From: Escherichia coli 042
GTDB taxonomy: Bacteria > Pseudomonadota > Gammaproteobacteria > Enterobacterales > Enterobacteriaceae
DNA length: 64,000 nucleotides
Direction: 5' to 3' (one strand)
Assembly (NCBI RefSeq): GCF_000027125.1
Contig: NC_017626.1
The position numbers and the translations under genes were made by a program. Under the pieces are notes generated by a model, which had not been told where the DNA came from, did not search any database, and saw only the letters and a program-made list of their open reading frames with translations. How positions within the stretch are numbered: position 1 is the stretch's first letter; the number at the start of each line of letters is the position of its first letter. This document shows positions 1 through 9,047 of this stretch, in pieces.

Positions 1-99
1 AACAGACGGCAGAACATAATTTGTCGTGAGTGCCGCCAGAGCGAAGTTATGCAGCGTGTGCTGGCGTTCTATCGGGGAAACTTTCAGGAGGTGATGGAG

Positions 100-395
100 T
101 GAGGGTCAGAGTTTATATTGCCGGTCCAATGACGGGATATGAAAATTTCAACCGTGAGGCGTTTCACAAGGCGGAAGAGGAACTGAAACGGGAAGGGCAT
201 ACCGTCTTAAACCCGGCAGTACTTCCGGACGGGCTGACACAGCCGCACTACATGGATATTTGCATGGCAATGATTCGTTGTGTGGATGCGATTTACATGC
301 TGAATGGCTGGCAGCGGTCAGCGGGCGCTAAGGCAGAGCTGGCACTGGCGGAGAAACTGGGGCATGCAGTGATTTATCAGGAGGTGGCTCAATGA
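100..395 (+). CDS. Phage nin-region protein, possibly DUF4406/nucleoside 2-deoxyribosyltransferase-like
   Basis: ORF 30..395; likely GTG start at 100 after GGAGG at 88-92; motif VYIAGPMTGY recalled from DUF4406-type phage proteins. Confidence 0.45.
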
Positions 396-853
396 GAGAG
401 GTTAACTATGAGGCGCTTCGTGAGGCAGCACAAAACTATCAGTCGACGCTGGCGTGGTATCAGGCTATCCCGGACAGCCCAAATGCTGAACGGGATTGTG
501 ATGCGGCTCTTGCTGCGTTTAAGCGTCACATCCGTCATCGGGAAGCGGATATTATCGCTGATTTGCTGGATGGACTGGAAGAAGCAAAATCACAACTCAA
601 AGAGCAGCGTGAGTATTACGAAGGCGTTATCTCTGATGGGAGCAAGCGTATTGCTGAACTGGAAGCGCGGGAAGTTCAATTACCGACTCGCTACGACCTT
701 CGATATGGACACCCGATAAATGCAGATGAGCGACATGTCATGATACCTAAAGAAAATGGCAGTTGGCTTTACCTGATTGACTTAGAACACGCATTACGCG
801 TCGCTGGCATTCGCATCAAAGGAGAGGAGCATGGAAATAAAACCAGAGGATGA
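392..853 (+). CDS. Hypothetical phage protein
   Basis: 153-aa ORF, start overlaps upstream stop (ATGA), typical nin-region packing. Confidence 0.45.
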   Translation: MREVNYEALREAAQNYQSTLAWYQAIPDSPNAERDCDAALAAFKRHIRHREADIIADLLDGLEEAKSQLKEQREYYEGVISDGSKRIAELEAREVQLPTRYDLRYGHPINADERHVMIPKENGSWLYLIDLEHALRVAGIRIKGEEHGNKTRG

Positions 854-1187
854 GTTAAGCAATATCGTTTTATTTCCGGTAAAAGAGGATGACCCTCGTA
901 ATCAGGTTAATTTTCTTTATGAGCCATCGGAAAGACCATATTGTCATCACGCCTCTGTTCGGGTTGACGAAAAAGAGCGTCAGGTCCGCTGTAAAATCTG
1001 CGGTGCAGTTGTGGAGCCGTTTGACTGGATGCTCTCTGTGGCGAAAAGAGAAACCAGACTGGCAGATGATGTAAGGCTATTGCGCCAGGAGGAACAGGAA
1101 AGGCGGAAAAATATAGAAAAGTTAATTCAGATTGAGCGTAACGCGAAAGCGCGGATATGCAGGGCGACAAAATCCAGAACTGAATAA
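831..1187 (+). CDS. Hypothetical phage protein with CxxC pair
   Basis: 118-aa ORF; CHH...CKIC cysteine cluster suggests a zinc ribbon. Confidence 0.4.
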   Translation: MEIKPEDELSNIVLFPVKEDDPRNQVNFLYEPSERPYCHHASVRVDEKERQVRCKICGAVVEPFDWMLSVAKRETRLADDVRLLRQEEQERRKNIEKLIQIERNAKARICRATKSRTE

Positions 1188-1282
1188 TTAAATTTAGCAC
1201 TGTAAATAAAATCAAATCCTTAACCGGAGGGATTTCTGCACCCTCAGAACATCAGGAGGCCGTCCGAAAGGGCGGTAGTGAA

Positions 1283-1465
1283 ATGCGAAAATTCAAAATA
1301 ATTATTGAAACGGGAATAGCCGGTGGAGATTTCGAGGATGAATTCGAAGTGGATGATGATGCAACACCAGATGAAATACAGGATGAAGCTAAAGATATTT
1401 TCTTTAACTACTGCAATTACTCATACCACGAAATAAAAGACGAAGAGGAAGAACAAAATGGCTGA
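1283..1465 (+). CDS. Hypothetical small acidic protein
   Basis: 60-aa ORF, RBS-like GGAGG upstream. Confidence 0.3.
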   Translation: MRKFKIIIETGIAGGDFEDEFEVDDDATPDEIQDEAKDIFFNYCNYSYHEIKDEEEEQNG

Positions 1466-1634
1466 TTTTGGTTCAACTAAATATAACGCCAGTTTTGAAG
1501 AATGGCATGAACTGTTAATGGATTATGCAGAGTTACGCGGTGGAAGTGCCGCTGATGCTGAAGCATGGCGTGATGATTATGAAGCAGGGAAAACACCGGT
1601 CGAAGCATATTGTGATGAGTGGGGCGATGAATGA
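1458..1634 (+). CDS. Hypothetical small acidic protein
   Basis: 58-aa ORF (below the track's 60-aa cutoff) found by eye; start overlaps upstream stop and its stop overlaps next start (ATGA). Confidence 0.35.
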   Translation: MADFGSTKYNASFEEWHELLMDYAELRGGSAADAEAWRDDYEAGKTPVEAYCDEWGDE

Positions 1635-1990
1635 GCGAGATTAATTATCAGGAAGGGCATGAAAAGGTAGGGCAGGCAAAACCAGTGGCATGGCGATATC
1701 GCTACGTGAAAAAAGGCGTTACAGACTTTCAGGGGAAGCAGTGGGTTGGTGACTGGAAATATGTCCCGACAAAAGAGGATTGTAACGACAGACCAAACTA
1801 TGAAATTCAGGCGTTATTCACGGCCCCGCCAGCTTCGGTGACATCAGAAGGACTGGTTAAAGCTGTGCGCTTTTATGAACAGGTACGGCGTGAGGATCCG
1901 CCAGTTGAAACCGGAGCATGGAAAGACGCTATTGACTGGGTACTCAAGGAGGCCTGCCTGGTTGTAAACACGGGCATCAAAGGAGGCTGA
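1631..1990 (+). CDS. Hypothetical phage protein
   Basis: 119-aa ORF in overlapping gene chain. Confidence 0.45.
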   Translation: MSEINYQEGHEKVGQAKPVAWRYRYVKKGVTDFQGKQWVGDWKYVPTKEDCNDRPNYEIQALFTAPPASVTSEGLVKAVRFYEQVRREDPPVETGAWKDAIDWVLKEACLVVNTGIKGG

Positions 1991-2206
1991 ATGGGTATTG
2001 CCGCAAGTTATACCATGCATCTCTATTGTGATTGCCGCCAGTGTACGGATGGCAAATATCAGTCGCCAGATTTTGGTGAGTATATCGGTACGTCATGGGC
2101 TGGCTGTGCAAAAGAGGCACGTAAAGATGGGTGGCGAATAAGTGCCGACAAAACGCGTGCTTTTGCGCCAGGGCATAAAATTTTGAGGAGCAACAAAGGA
2201 GAGTGA
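1991..2206 (+). CDS. Hypothetical Cys-rich phage protein
   Basis: 71-aa ORF with CDCRQC motif. Confidence 0.4.
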   Translation: MGIAASYTMHLYCDCRQCTDGKYQSPDFGEYIGTSWAGCAKEARKDGWRISADKTRAFAPGHKILRSNKGE

Positions 2207-2207
2207 T

Positions 2208-2426
2208 GTGCCTACATTATTCAGAAAAGAATATCCGCGAAAAAGTAGAGCGACAGAATTTTTGTTTCTCATTCTGTTTATCGTGTTGATGATACCGATA
2301 TCCCCGTTAATTCTGGTATGGGGAATCGGAAAAATAATTGAGCCAGTTATTGAATTGTATAACGACGTGGTATGGGCTCCGTTCAACACACTGCACAATA
2401 AAATTAATCCGTATAAGGAAAACTGA
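2208..2426 (+). CDS. Small membrane protein
   Basis: 72-aa ORF with long hydrophobic segment FLFLILFIVLMIPISPLILVWGIG. Confidence 0.4.
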   Translation: MPTLFRKEYPRKSRATEFLFLILFIVLMIPISPLILVWGIGKIIEPVIELYNDVVWAPFNTLHNKINPYKEN

Positions 2427-2427
2427 T

Positions 2428-2691
2428 ATGGCAACTTTGACAAAAAAAGAACAGGCATGGTTGAACGAATTACAGGACGTTCTTGATCGCTGTCCATCAC
2501 CGAAAAAAATTGGTTTTTACACCATTGGCGATAAAAGCATTTACCTGTATGACCTGCGCCGCATGGATGAAATCATGGAGGCTCTTGATAATCGTTCGTC
2601 AATGGATTGGTGTGTTGCTGTCCATGATATGAATGCAGGGTTTGATGAAAAGATTTTGTTCCCCTCATCAGTTGAAAGCACTGCGGGTTAA
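2428..2691 (+). CDS. Hypothetical phage protein
   Basis: ATG at 2428 inside ORF 2338..2691, immediately after upstream stop. Confidence 0.4.
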   Translation: MATLTKKEQAWLNELQDVLDRCPSPKKIGFYTIGDKSIYLYDLRRMDEIMEALDNRSSMDWCVAVHDMNAGFDEKILFPSSVESTAG

Positions 2692-2701
2692 GGAGTAACA
2701 C

Positions 2702-2869
2702 ATGACCACTATTACCAAAGAACGTATTGAATTGTTCATTAAAAACCCGCTTGAAAACGGGCTTACCCGTGGTGAACAAATGGAACTGGCACGGATTGCG
2801 CTGGCATCGCTGGAAGCAGAGCCGGTTGTGTTCTGGTTTGAAAAATATCAAGAAGGGGCTACGGCATGA
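2702..2869 (+). CDS. Hypothetical phage protein, paralogous N-terminus to next gene
   Basis: 55-aa ORF by eye; shares MTT.T.E and IAL.SL.AEP motifs with ORF 2866..3210. Confidence 0.35.
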   Translation: MTTITKERIELFIKNPLENGLTRGEQMELARIALASLEAEPVVFWFEKYQEGATA

Positions 2870-3210
2870 CGACTTTTACCAGAGAGCAGTTAATAGCTCA
2901 CGCAGAGGAGACTATTGAAGCACAGAGACTGTGCATACCGGGCACAATCGACCATGACATCATCCGCACATATAAGATGGATATTGCTGTTCTGGAAATC
3001 GCACTGGTATCGCTGGCAGCAGAGCCAGCCGGTAAATTGCATGAATACAAACCAGTGGGATATCAGCGTCTGGTCGATGAGTTAACCATGCTGGTAAAGC
3101 AGTTAACCTGGCAACTGAGGAAAGCGAAGCCAGACTGCAAATTACCGGATAAGGCGATGAGTTATCTGGAGCGGAACGGACTGATAAGCGTGGAGGATAT
3201 TTTACGATGA
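2866..3210 (+). CDS. Hypothetical phage protein
   Basis: 114-aa ORF, start overlaps upstream stop. Confidence 0.45.
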   Translation: MTTFTREQLIAHAEETIEAQRLCIPGTIDHDIIRTYKMDIAVLEIALVSLAAEPAGKLHEYKPVGYQRLVDELTMLVKQLTWQLRKAKPDCKLPDKAMSYLERNGLISVEDILR

Positions 3211-3501
3211 CCTGGCCTGAAGCATTAACAACGGTAGGAATTGCGATGGCGGTGGCGCTGGTGGTGTATTCGATTTGCCGCTGGGGATAAAAACGGTTTG
3301 CGGGAAAAGGAGAGTTAAGTAGAATTGCAGCGGGTGCTTGAGGCTATCTGTCTCAGGCATGAACACCAAAAGGCAGATAGAGAAAAGCCCCAGTTAACAT
3401 TACGCGTCCGGCAAGACGCTTAACATTAATCTGAGGCCATATCTATGCTCTACACACGTAGGTTAGCCTCTTACGTGCCGAAAGGCAAGGAGAAGCAGGC
3501 T

Positions 3502-3657
3502 ATGAAGCAGCAAAAGGCGATGCTAATCGCCCTGATCGTCATCTGTTTAACCGTCATTGTGACGGCACTGGTAACGAGGAAAGACCTCTGCGAGGTACGA
3601 ATCCGAACCGGCCAGACGGAGGTCGCTGTCTTCACAGCTTACGAACCTGAGGAGTAA
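3502..3657 (+). CDS. hokD: Hok/Gef-family type I toxin (HokD/RelF-like)
   Basis: 51-aa product MKQQKAMLIALIVICLTVIVTALVTRKDLCEVRIRTGQTEVAVFTAYEPEE matches my recollection of the Hok family (TM helix, conserved Cys, C-terminal AYE); in-frame upstream extension from 3445; hairpins downstream. Confidence 0.8.
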   Translation: MKQQKAMLIALIVICLTVIVTALVTRKDLCEVRIRTGQTEVAVFTAYEPEE

Positions 3658-3727
3658 GAGACCCGGCGGGGGAGTAATCTCCCGCCACCTCTGATGTGCC
3701 AGGCATCCTCAACGCACCCGCACTTAA

Positions 3728-3746
3728 CCCGCTTCGGCGGGTTTTT
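3728..3746 (+). terminator. Rho-independent terminator hairpin (copy 1 of a 20-bp repeat)
   Basis: cccgcttcggcggg followed by T-run; identical sequence recurs at 5563-5582. Confidence 0.6.
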
Positions 3747-3822
3747 GCATTAGTCTGGTTGACAAAAATAGAAAAATGCGAAAATATGTGGTTTACGAAT
3801 TCTAAAAAAAGCGAAACTTGAA

Positions 3823-4473
3823 ATGAATGAAAATCAGTTAGCTCCTTGTTGGGAATTTCAACCTTATCTTGCTGAAAACTATGTTCGCCACTTGTTGGCG
3901 GAGATCGCTAACGTACTTGAGCAGCTGTACTATCATAAGCACGCATTAGACAGCAACTGGTCTGAAGGTGTAAGGGCTTATGATTGGGTCAGAAATCATC
4001 TTATTCAAAATGAAGATGCAATTCCTGGCCTTGAGATGATTTCCAAGGGGTTGGACTATGTAGTTGCTTTAAATAAAGTTCCGCTACAATTTACCAAAGA
4101 TTGCATTAATAACCCCAAAAAGAAACATCGTCTGCGTCGAAATAAAGTAGAGTATGAGCAGCTCTCATTGTTTGGTGATGTTGAGGCTGAGCAAGATATT
4201 ACATGGCGAGTCATAGCTGAGCCTTTTTTATCCGAAGAGGGCGATGGTGAATTAGAGTCCACACTGCCTCGTTGGGAGGTAGCTCTTGTTGGATTTAATA
4301 CTTATGGTGCTCAGATTAGTATAGTTTCTCATCAATCTACAGCATCGATGCCGCTTATGCCTCTTGATTATAACACACTCCCTGACGAAGCGGAGATTAA
4401 TAAGGTGCCTCTTCGTCGGCGTACGAAGGATAAAGATTTGGATGTGAGCAGTGATGGAACATCAGGTGAATAA
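3823..4473 (+). CDS. Unknown 216-aa protein, upstream partner of HTH-peptidase (candidate toxin/effector)
   Basis: AT-rich ORF after TTGACA-containing promoter-like region; overlaps downstream gene by 23 nt; no family recognised by eye. Confidence 0.6.
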   Translation: MNENQLAPCWEFQPYLAENYVRHLLAEIANVLEQLYYHKHALDSNWSEGVRAYDWVRNHLIQNEDAIPGLEMISKGLDYVVALNKVPLQFTKDCINNPKKKHRLRRNKVEYEQLSLFGDVEAEQDITWRVIAEPFLSEEGDGELESTLPRWEVALVGFNTYGAQISIVSHQSTASMPLMPLDYNTLPDEAEINKVPLRRRTKDKDLDVSSDGTSGE

Positions 4474-5557
4474 CTTCACTGAGTATCGGGGTGATAAGCT
4501 CAAACTAGCGAGAATGGCTGTTGGGCTTTCTTGTGAAGAGTTAGCCGAAAAAATTGGCAAGACAAAGCAATTCGTTAGCAAACTGGAGAAGGGGTGCAGG
4601 CCATCGGAGCAATGTCTTGAGTTAATATCTTCAGCGCTTATGATTAAGTCCAGTTTTCTTTTTACTGAACGAAAATACGCTCTGGAAAGTGATGTCTGCC
4701 ATTTTCGGAGTAAGAAGTCCAGGACTCAAACGCTGACTAATAGTGTATTGGCCAGGGCTGAGATTCTTAATATTATAATTTCTGCTGTTGAAGGTGAAAT
4801 CGAATTTCCTGACGTTAACATACCGGAGCACCCAGGGGCTGAATTACTTACTCCGAATGATATTGAGCGAGTGGCAGAAGATTGTCGCCGTGCCTGGAAT
4901 TTAGGTCTTGGCCCTATATCATCAATGGTTAAATTGGCGGAGAGTTTAGGGGTAATCGTTGCGCATGTTACGGGAGTCGATGATCGTGTTGATGCTTTTA
5001 CTGTTCACAATAACAGGCCTGTTATCATCAGGAACAATGTTAAAAAAAGCATATGTAGATTTCGCTCTGATTTAGGTCATGAATTAGGGCATTTAGTAAT
5101 GCATGAGGGCATAACGACAGGTGATAAACTTACGGAATCACAAGCCGATCACTTTTCGAGCGCCTTATTAGTTCCCAGGTTATCTTTCATTAAAGAATTT
5201 CCACGAATACGAGGTAAGCAATTCGACTGGAATGCTCTGGTTGAATTTAAACTTAGATGGAAAATCAGCCTTAAAATGTGTATTTATCGAGCCAGCGCAT
5301 TAGGCTTATTGACCCAGGAACAGGCAAGAACTGGCTATATGCATCTTAATTCCAGAGGGTATACGAGAGTTGAACCTGGTGATGAACTTTTGCGCCCTGA
5401 AGAACCCGGCATGCTGGCCGAGGCGATTGAAATGCTGGATGATGCAACCTGGCTAAGAATTCTTATGAAAACTGGCTTGAGCCAAGATTTAATTCGTGAG
5501 TTGTTCTCCATCAACAGACCTATTACAAATCCAAGAAATATTTTCCAGATTGTTTGA
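4451..5557 (+). CDS. XRE-family HTH fused to ImmA/IrrE-type (HEXXH) zinc metallopeptidase
   Basis: N-terminal HTH (LARMAVGLSCEELAEKIGKTKQFVSKLEKG); C-terminal HELGHLVMHE motif typical of ImmA/IrrE (COG2856/M78-like) peptidases. Confidence 0.7.
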   Translation: MMEHQVNNFTEYRGDKLKLARMAVGLSCEELAEKIGKTKQFVSKLEKGCRPSEQCLELISSALMIKSSFLFTERKYALESDVCHFRSKKSRTQTLTNSVLARAEILNIIISAVEGEIEFPDVNIPEHPGAELLTPNDIERVAEDCRRAWNLGLGPISSMVKLAESLGVIVAHVTGVDDRVDAFTVHNNRPVIIRNNVKKSICRFRSDLGHELGHLVMHEGITTGDKLTESQADHFSSALLVPRLSFIKEFPRIRGKQFDWNALVEFKLRWKISLKMCIYRASALGLLTQEQARTGYMHLNSRGYTRVEPGDELLRPEEPGMLAEAIEMLDDATWLRILMKTGLSQDLIRELFSINRPITNPRNIFQIV

Positions 5558-5562
5558 GTATA

Positions 5563-5582
5563 CCCGCTTCGGCGGGTTTTTT
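5563..5582 (+). terminator. Rho-independent terminator hairpin (copy 2)
   Basis: cccgcttcggcggg plus T-run directly after the 4451..5557 stop. Confidence 0.6.
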
Positions 5583-5714
5583 GTTTTTATTTTCAACGTG
5601 TTTGAAGTTTTGGACGGTGCCAGAATAGAATCAAAAATACTTAAGTAGCGCGCAGGGAGAAGAGGGATGGACCCCGAACAGGGGGAGTGCTATTTATCTG
5701 GAAGGATTCTGTTG

Positions 5715-5888
5715 ATGAAAATCGAAGAATTACGTGAAATTTTTAGTGAAGATGGCCTCTATGCTGTGCGCGTTGAGAATGGGGGTATTACCTACACAGC
5801 GTTAATTCCTGATGATCATGTAGTGTTATCTGTTGAGGCATTCATTGAATACTTGGAAAGACTCGGTTTCAAGGTAGTTCGGGAATAA
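5715..5888 (+). CDS. Hypothetical small protein
   Basis: ATG at 5715 within ORF 5667..5888 (MKIEELREIF...); AT-rich upstream region. Confidence 0.35.
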   Translation: MKIEELREIFSEDGLYAVRVENGGITYTALIPDDHVVLSVEAFIEYLERLGFKVVRE

Positions 5889-5935
5889 GTTATAATACGT
5901 GAGCCAGCCTGAACAACTGGCAACCTGCAGCGCCA

Positions 5936-6220
5936 TTGGAGATGACAATGGCGCATAATTTCAAATTTCGCAATTCTGATTCTGCCTTTGCCAGCAGGCA
6001 CGGGTGGCGTTCTCACGCATTCAAATATGACTGGTATCAGCACGATCCCTGTACTGAAGAACAGGCCGAATGGCTGATTCATAACTACCGCAGACGTGGA
6101 TATGAGTTTAGGAAAGCCCTCACCCTCGATTATCGTCACTGGATAATCTACGTCAGACTCCCTTATTCCGAACGCCCACCGCGTCCGTCCCGCACATTCC
6201 AGCAACGCATCTGGAGGTAA
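5936..6220 (+). CDS. Hypothetical phage protein (rem-like position)
   Basis: 94-aa ORF directly upstream of the DUF968 gene, same position as rem in Qin. Confidence 0.4.
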   Translation: MEMTMAHNFKFRNSDSAFASRHGWRSHAFKYDWYQHDPCTEEQAEWLIHNYRRRGYEFRKALTLDYRHWIIYVRLPYSERPPRPSRTFQQRIWR

Positions 6221-6221
6221 C

Positions 6222-7268
6222 GTGCGGGTATTACTTCGACCTGTTCTGGTACCGGAACTCGGGCTGGTGATCGTTAAGCCGGGCCGTGAATCCATGCCGG
6301 TATTCCACAATACCCGGGTACTGGTGGAGCCGGAACCGAAAAGCATGCGTAATCTGCCGTCCGGGGTCGTTCCTGCCGTTCGCCAGCCGCTGGCGGAGGA
6401 TAAATCATTACTGCCATTTTTCAGCGACGAACGAGTGATTCGTGCTGCTGGTGGCGCTGGCGCATTGTCTGATTGGTTACTGCGCCATGTTAAATCCTGC
6501 CAGTGGCCACACGGCGATTATCACCACAGTGAAACCGTCATTCACCGTTATGGTACCGGCGCAATGGTGTTGTGCTGGCACTGCGACAACCAGCTGCGCG
6601 ACCAGACCTCCGAATCACTCGGGCAACTTGCTCACCAAAACCTGTCTGCATGGATGATTGACGTCATACGCCATGCAATGAATGGCTCGCAGGAACGGGA
6701 ATTATCGCTGGCTGAATTATCCTGGTGGGCGGTCCGCAATCAGGTGGCGGACGCGCTACCGGAAGCGGTATTACGTCGTTCGCTGGGGTTGCGTGCGGAA
6801 AAAATCCGCTCAATGTACCGTGAAAGCGACATCGTACCGGGAGAGCAGACCGCCACCAGCATACTGAAGCAGCGCACAAAAAATCTTGCGCCGCTGCCTC
6901 ACGCCCACCAGCAAAACCCGCCACAGGAAGAGACGGTGGTCAGCATTGCCGTTGATCCTGAGTCTCCGGAATCTTTCATGAAACGACCTAAACGTCGCCG
7001 CTGGGTTAACGAGAAATACACACGCTGGGTGAAGACACAGCCGTGTGCGTGTTGTGGTAAGCCAGCCGACGATCCCCATCACCTGATTGGTCATGGTCAG
7101 GGCGGAATGGGGACAAAATCTCACGATATTTTCACGCTACCGCTGTGTCGGGAGCATCACAACGAGCTTCATGCGGATCCGCTGGCGTTCGAAGAAAAGC
7201 ATGGTTCTCAGGTTGATTTAATTTTTCGTTTTCTTGATCACGCCTTTGCAACTGGCGTGCTTGGGTAA
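6222..7268 (+). CDS. DUF968-family phage protein (YdfU-like)
   Basis: 348 aa; C-terminal Cys/His cluster CACCGK...HHLIGHGQGG...CREHHNELH recalled from YdfU-like prophage proteins; sits upstream of rusA/Q. Confidence 0.6.
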   Translation: MRVLLRPVLVPELGLVIVKPGRESMPVFHNTRVLVEPEPKSMRNLPSGVVPAVRQPLAEDKSLLPFFSDERVIRAAGGAGALSDWLLRHVKSCQWPHGDYHHSETVIHRYGTGAMVLCWHCDNQLRDQTSESLGQLAHQNLSAWMIDVIRHAMNGSQERELSLAELSWWAVRNQVADALPEAVLRRSLGLRAEKIRSMYRESDIVPGEQTATSILKQRTKNLAPLPHAHQQNPPQEETVVSIAVDPESPESFMKRPKRRRWVNEKYTRWVKTQPCACCGKPADDPHHLIGHGQGGMGTKSHDIFTLPLCREHHNELHADPLAFEEKHGSQVDLIFRFLDHAFATGVLG

Positions 7269-7280
7269 AAGAGGTGACTG

Positions 7281-7655
7281 ATGCTCATAGATTTGGTTTT
7301 ACCTTACCCGCCGACGGTGAACACTTACTGGCGACGCCGTGGCAGCACATATTTTATCTCGGAGGAGGGAAAGCGTTATCGCCGGGCTGTGGCGCTTATT
7401 GTTCGCCAGCAGCGGCTGAAATTAAGCCTGTCCGGAAGGCTGGCGATAAAGGTGATTGCAGAGCCACCGGATAAGCGTCGTCGCGACCTGGACAATATCC
7501 TGAAAGCACCGCTGGATGCGCTGACGCATGCGGGAGTGTTAATGGACGATGAGCAGTTTGATGAAATCAATATCGTTCGTGGTCAGCCAGTATCTGGTGG
7601 ACGTCTGGGGGTGAAGATTTACCCCATAATGCTTGAAGGGCAGGTCAAAAAATGA
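7281..7655 (+). CDS. rusA: Holliday junction resolvase RusA
   Basis: 124 aa; RRRDLDNILKAPLDAL matches the conserved RusA DxDN catalytic region. Confidence 0.85.
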   Translation: MLIDLVLPYPPTVNTYWRRRGSTYFISEEGKRYRRAVALIVRQQRLKLSLSGRLAIKVIAEPPDKRRRDLDNILKAPLDALTHAGVLMDDEQFDEINIVRGQPVSGGRLGVKIYPIMLEGQVKK

Positions 7656-8473
7656 AACTGGAAGATTTACCGAAATACTACTCCCCAAAATCCCCCGGCC
7701 TGACTGATGCATCGGCCTCAACGTCGAAAGATGCGCTGAGTATCACTGATGTGATGGCCGCGCAGGGCATGACACAGAATCGGGCTGAGATGGGGTTTTC
7801 TGCGTTCCTTGGGAAAATGGGCATTAGTATGAATGACAGAGAGCGGGCAACAGAATTGCTGACAGAATATGCACTCAGGCGGTGTGATCGCGTGGCGGCG
7901 TTAAGAAAACTCCCGGCAGAAATAAAACCGGCAGTGATGCGTATTATGGCTTCGTATGCGTTTGAAGATTATGCCCGTAGCGCGGCGAGCAAAAAACAGT
8001 GCTCCTGCTGTCACGGAAAAAAATTTATTGAAAGCGAGGTTTTTACAAACAAGATCCAGTATCCGGATGGTAAGCCGCCGGTATGGGCAAAGTGTACGAA
8101 AGGTGTGTATCCGTCTTACTGGGAAGAATGGAAAAAAGTCAGGGAGGTGGTAAAAGTTGCCTGTCCGGAGTGTGGCGGAAAGGGTGAGGTTTCCACCGCC
8201 TGTAAGGATTGCCGTGGGCGTGGTGTCGCCATTCATCGTGAAGAGTCGGTAAAACGTGGTATGCCTGTTATCAGAGACTGCCAGCGTTGTGGTGGTCGTG
8301 GCTGTGAAAGACTACCATCAACGGAGGCATTTAATGCCATATGCAAAGTGACGAGTGCTATCACGCTTGATACGTGGAAAAAATCAGTGAAACGCTTTTA
8401 CGATACGTTGGTGGTTCGGTTTGACATTGAAGAGGCATGGGCGGAGCGGCAGTTAAAGAGGGTAACGCGATAG
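7652..8473 (+). CDS. Late-gene antiterminator Q-like protein (QuuQ-type) with zinc fingers
   Basis: 273 aa with repeated CxxCxGxG motifs; follows rusA and precedes a terminator and the late region. Confidence 0.6.
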   Translation: MKLEDLPKYYSPKSPGLTDASASTSKDALSITDVMAAQGMTQNRAEMGFSAFLGKMGISMNDRERATELLTEYALRRCDRVAALRKLPAEIKPAVMRIMASYAFEDYARSAASKKQCSCCHGKKFIESEVFTNKIQYPDGKPPVWAKCTKGVYPSYWEEWKKVREVVKVACPECGGKGEVSTACKDCRGRGVAIHREESVKRGMPVIRDCQRCGGRGCERLPSTEAFNAICKVTSAITLDTWKKSVKRFYDTLVVRFDIEEAWAERQLKRVTR

Positions 8474-8555
8474 TGTTGTTGATTTTTCCCGAATCTGTGG
8501 TAAATTTGCTCTAACGATGGGCGTTTTATGCCTGACGTTAGAAGATTTTTTACAC

Positions 8556-8577
8556 CCCGCCGCCTGGCGGGTTTTTT
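8556..8577 (+). terminator. Rho-independent terminator, probably tR' of the late promoter region
   Basis: cccgcc gcct ggcggg hairpin followed by TTTTTT just downstream of Q. Confidence 0.5.
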
Positions 8578-8699
8578 ATGACTGAAATCGCGTCAGTACA
8601 GTAAACGCGCTGGTGGCGGTGAATACCTGTCTTTCAGCTTGCTGGCTTTTTCGACAAGAGTTATTGGTGTGTCACGTTAACCGGGAAAGGGAAAAAGAC

Positions 8700-8897
8700 A
8701 TGCTAAAACAGCAGGATATGACAGAAACCGCCAGAGTAGTGTTTAATGAATTAAGCGTTACCGAACCGGCGACAGTCGGGGAGATAGCGCAGAATACTTA
8801 CCTTTCACGCGAACGCTGCCAGTTAATACTGACCCAGCTGGTTATGGCGGGTCTGGCAGACTATCAGTTCGGTTGTTACAGACGCCTTCCGCAGTGA
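8700..8897 (+). CDS. Hypothetical small protein, possibly winged-helix
   Basis: ATG at 8700 within ORF 8613..8897. Confidence 0.35.
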   Translation: MLKQQDMTETARVVFNELSVTEPATVGEIAQNTYLSRERCQLILTQLVMAGLADYQFGCYRRLPQ

Positions 8898-9047
8898 AGG
8901 CTTTTTTATTTGTGGTAAATGGGCGGCTGGTGGGTGTTAGGGGCACCCACCAGCCATCTGCTCATGCGTTGGGTTCACAAGCAAACCTCAGGCCCACTGC
9001 TTTGCGCAAAAGCAGAATGAGCCTATCAGAGACAGGCTTAATGATCC

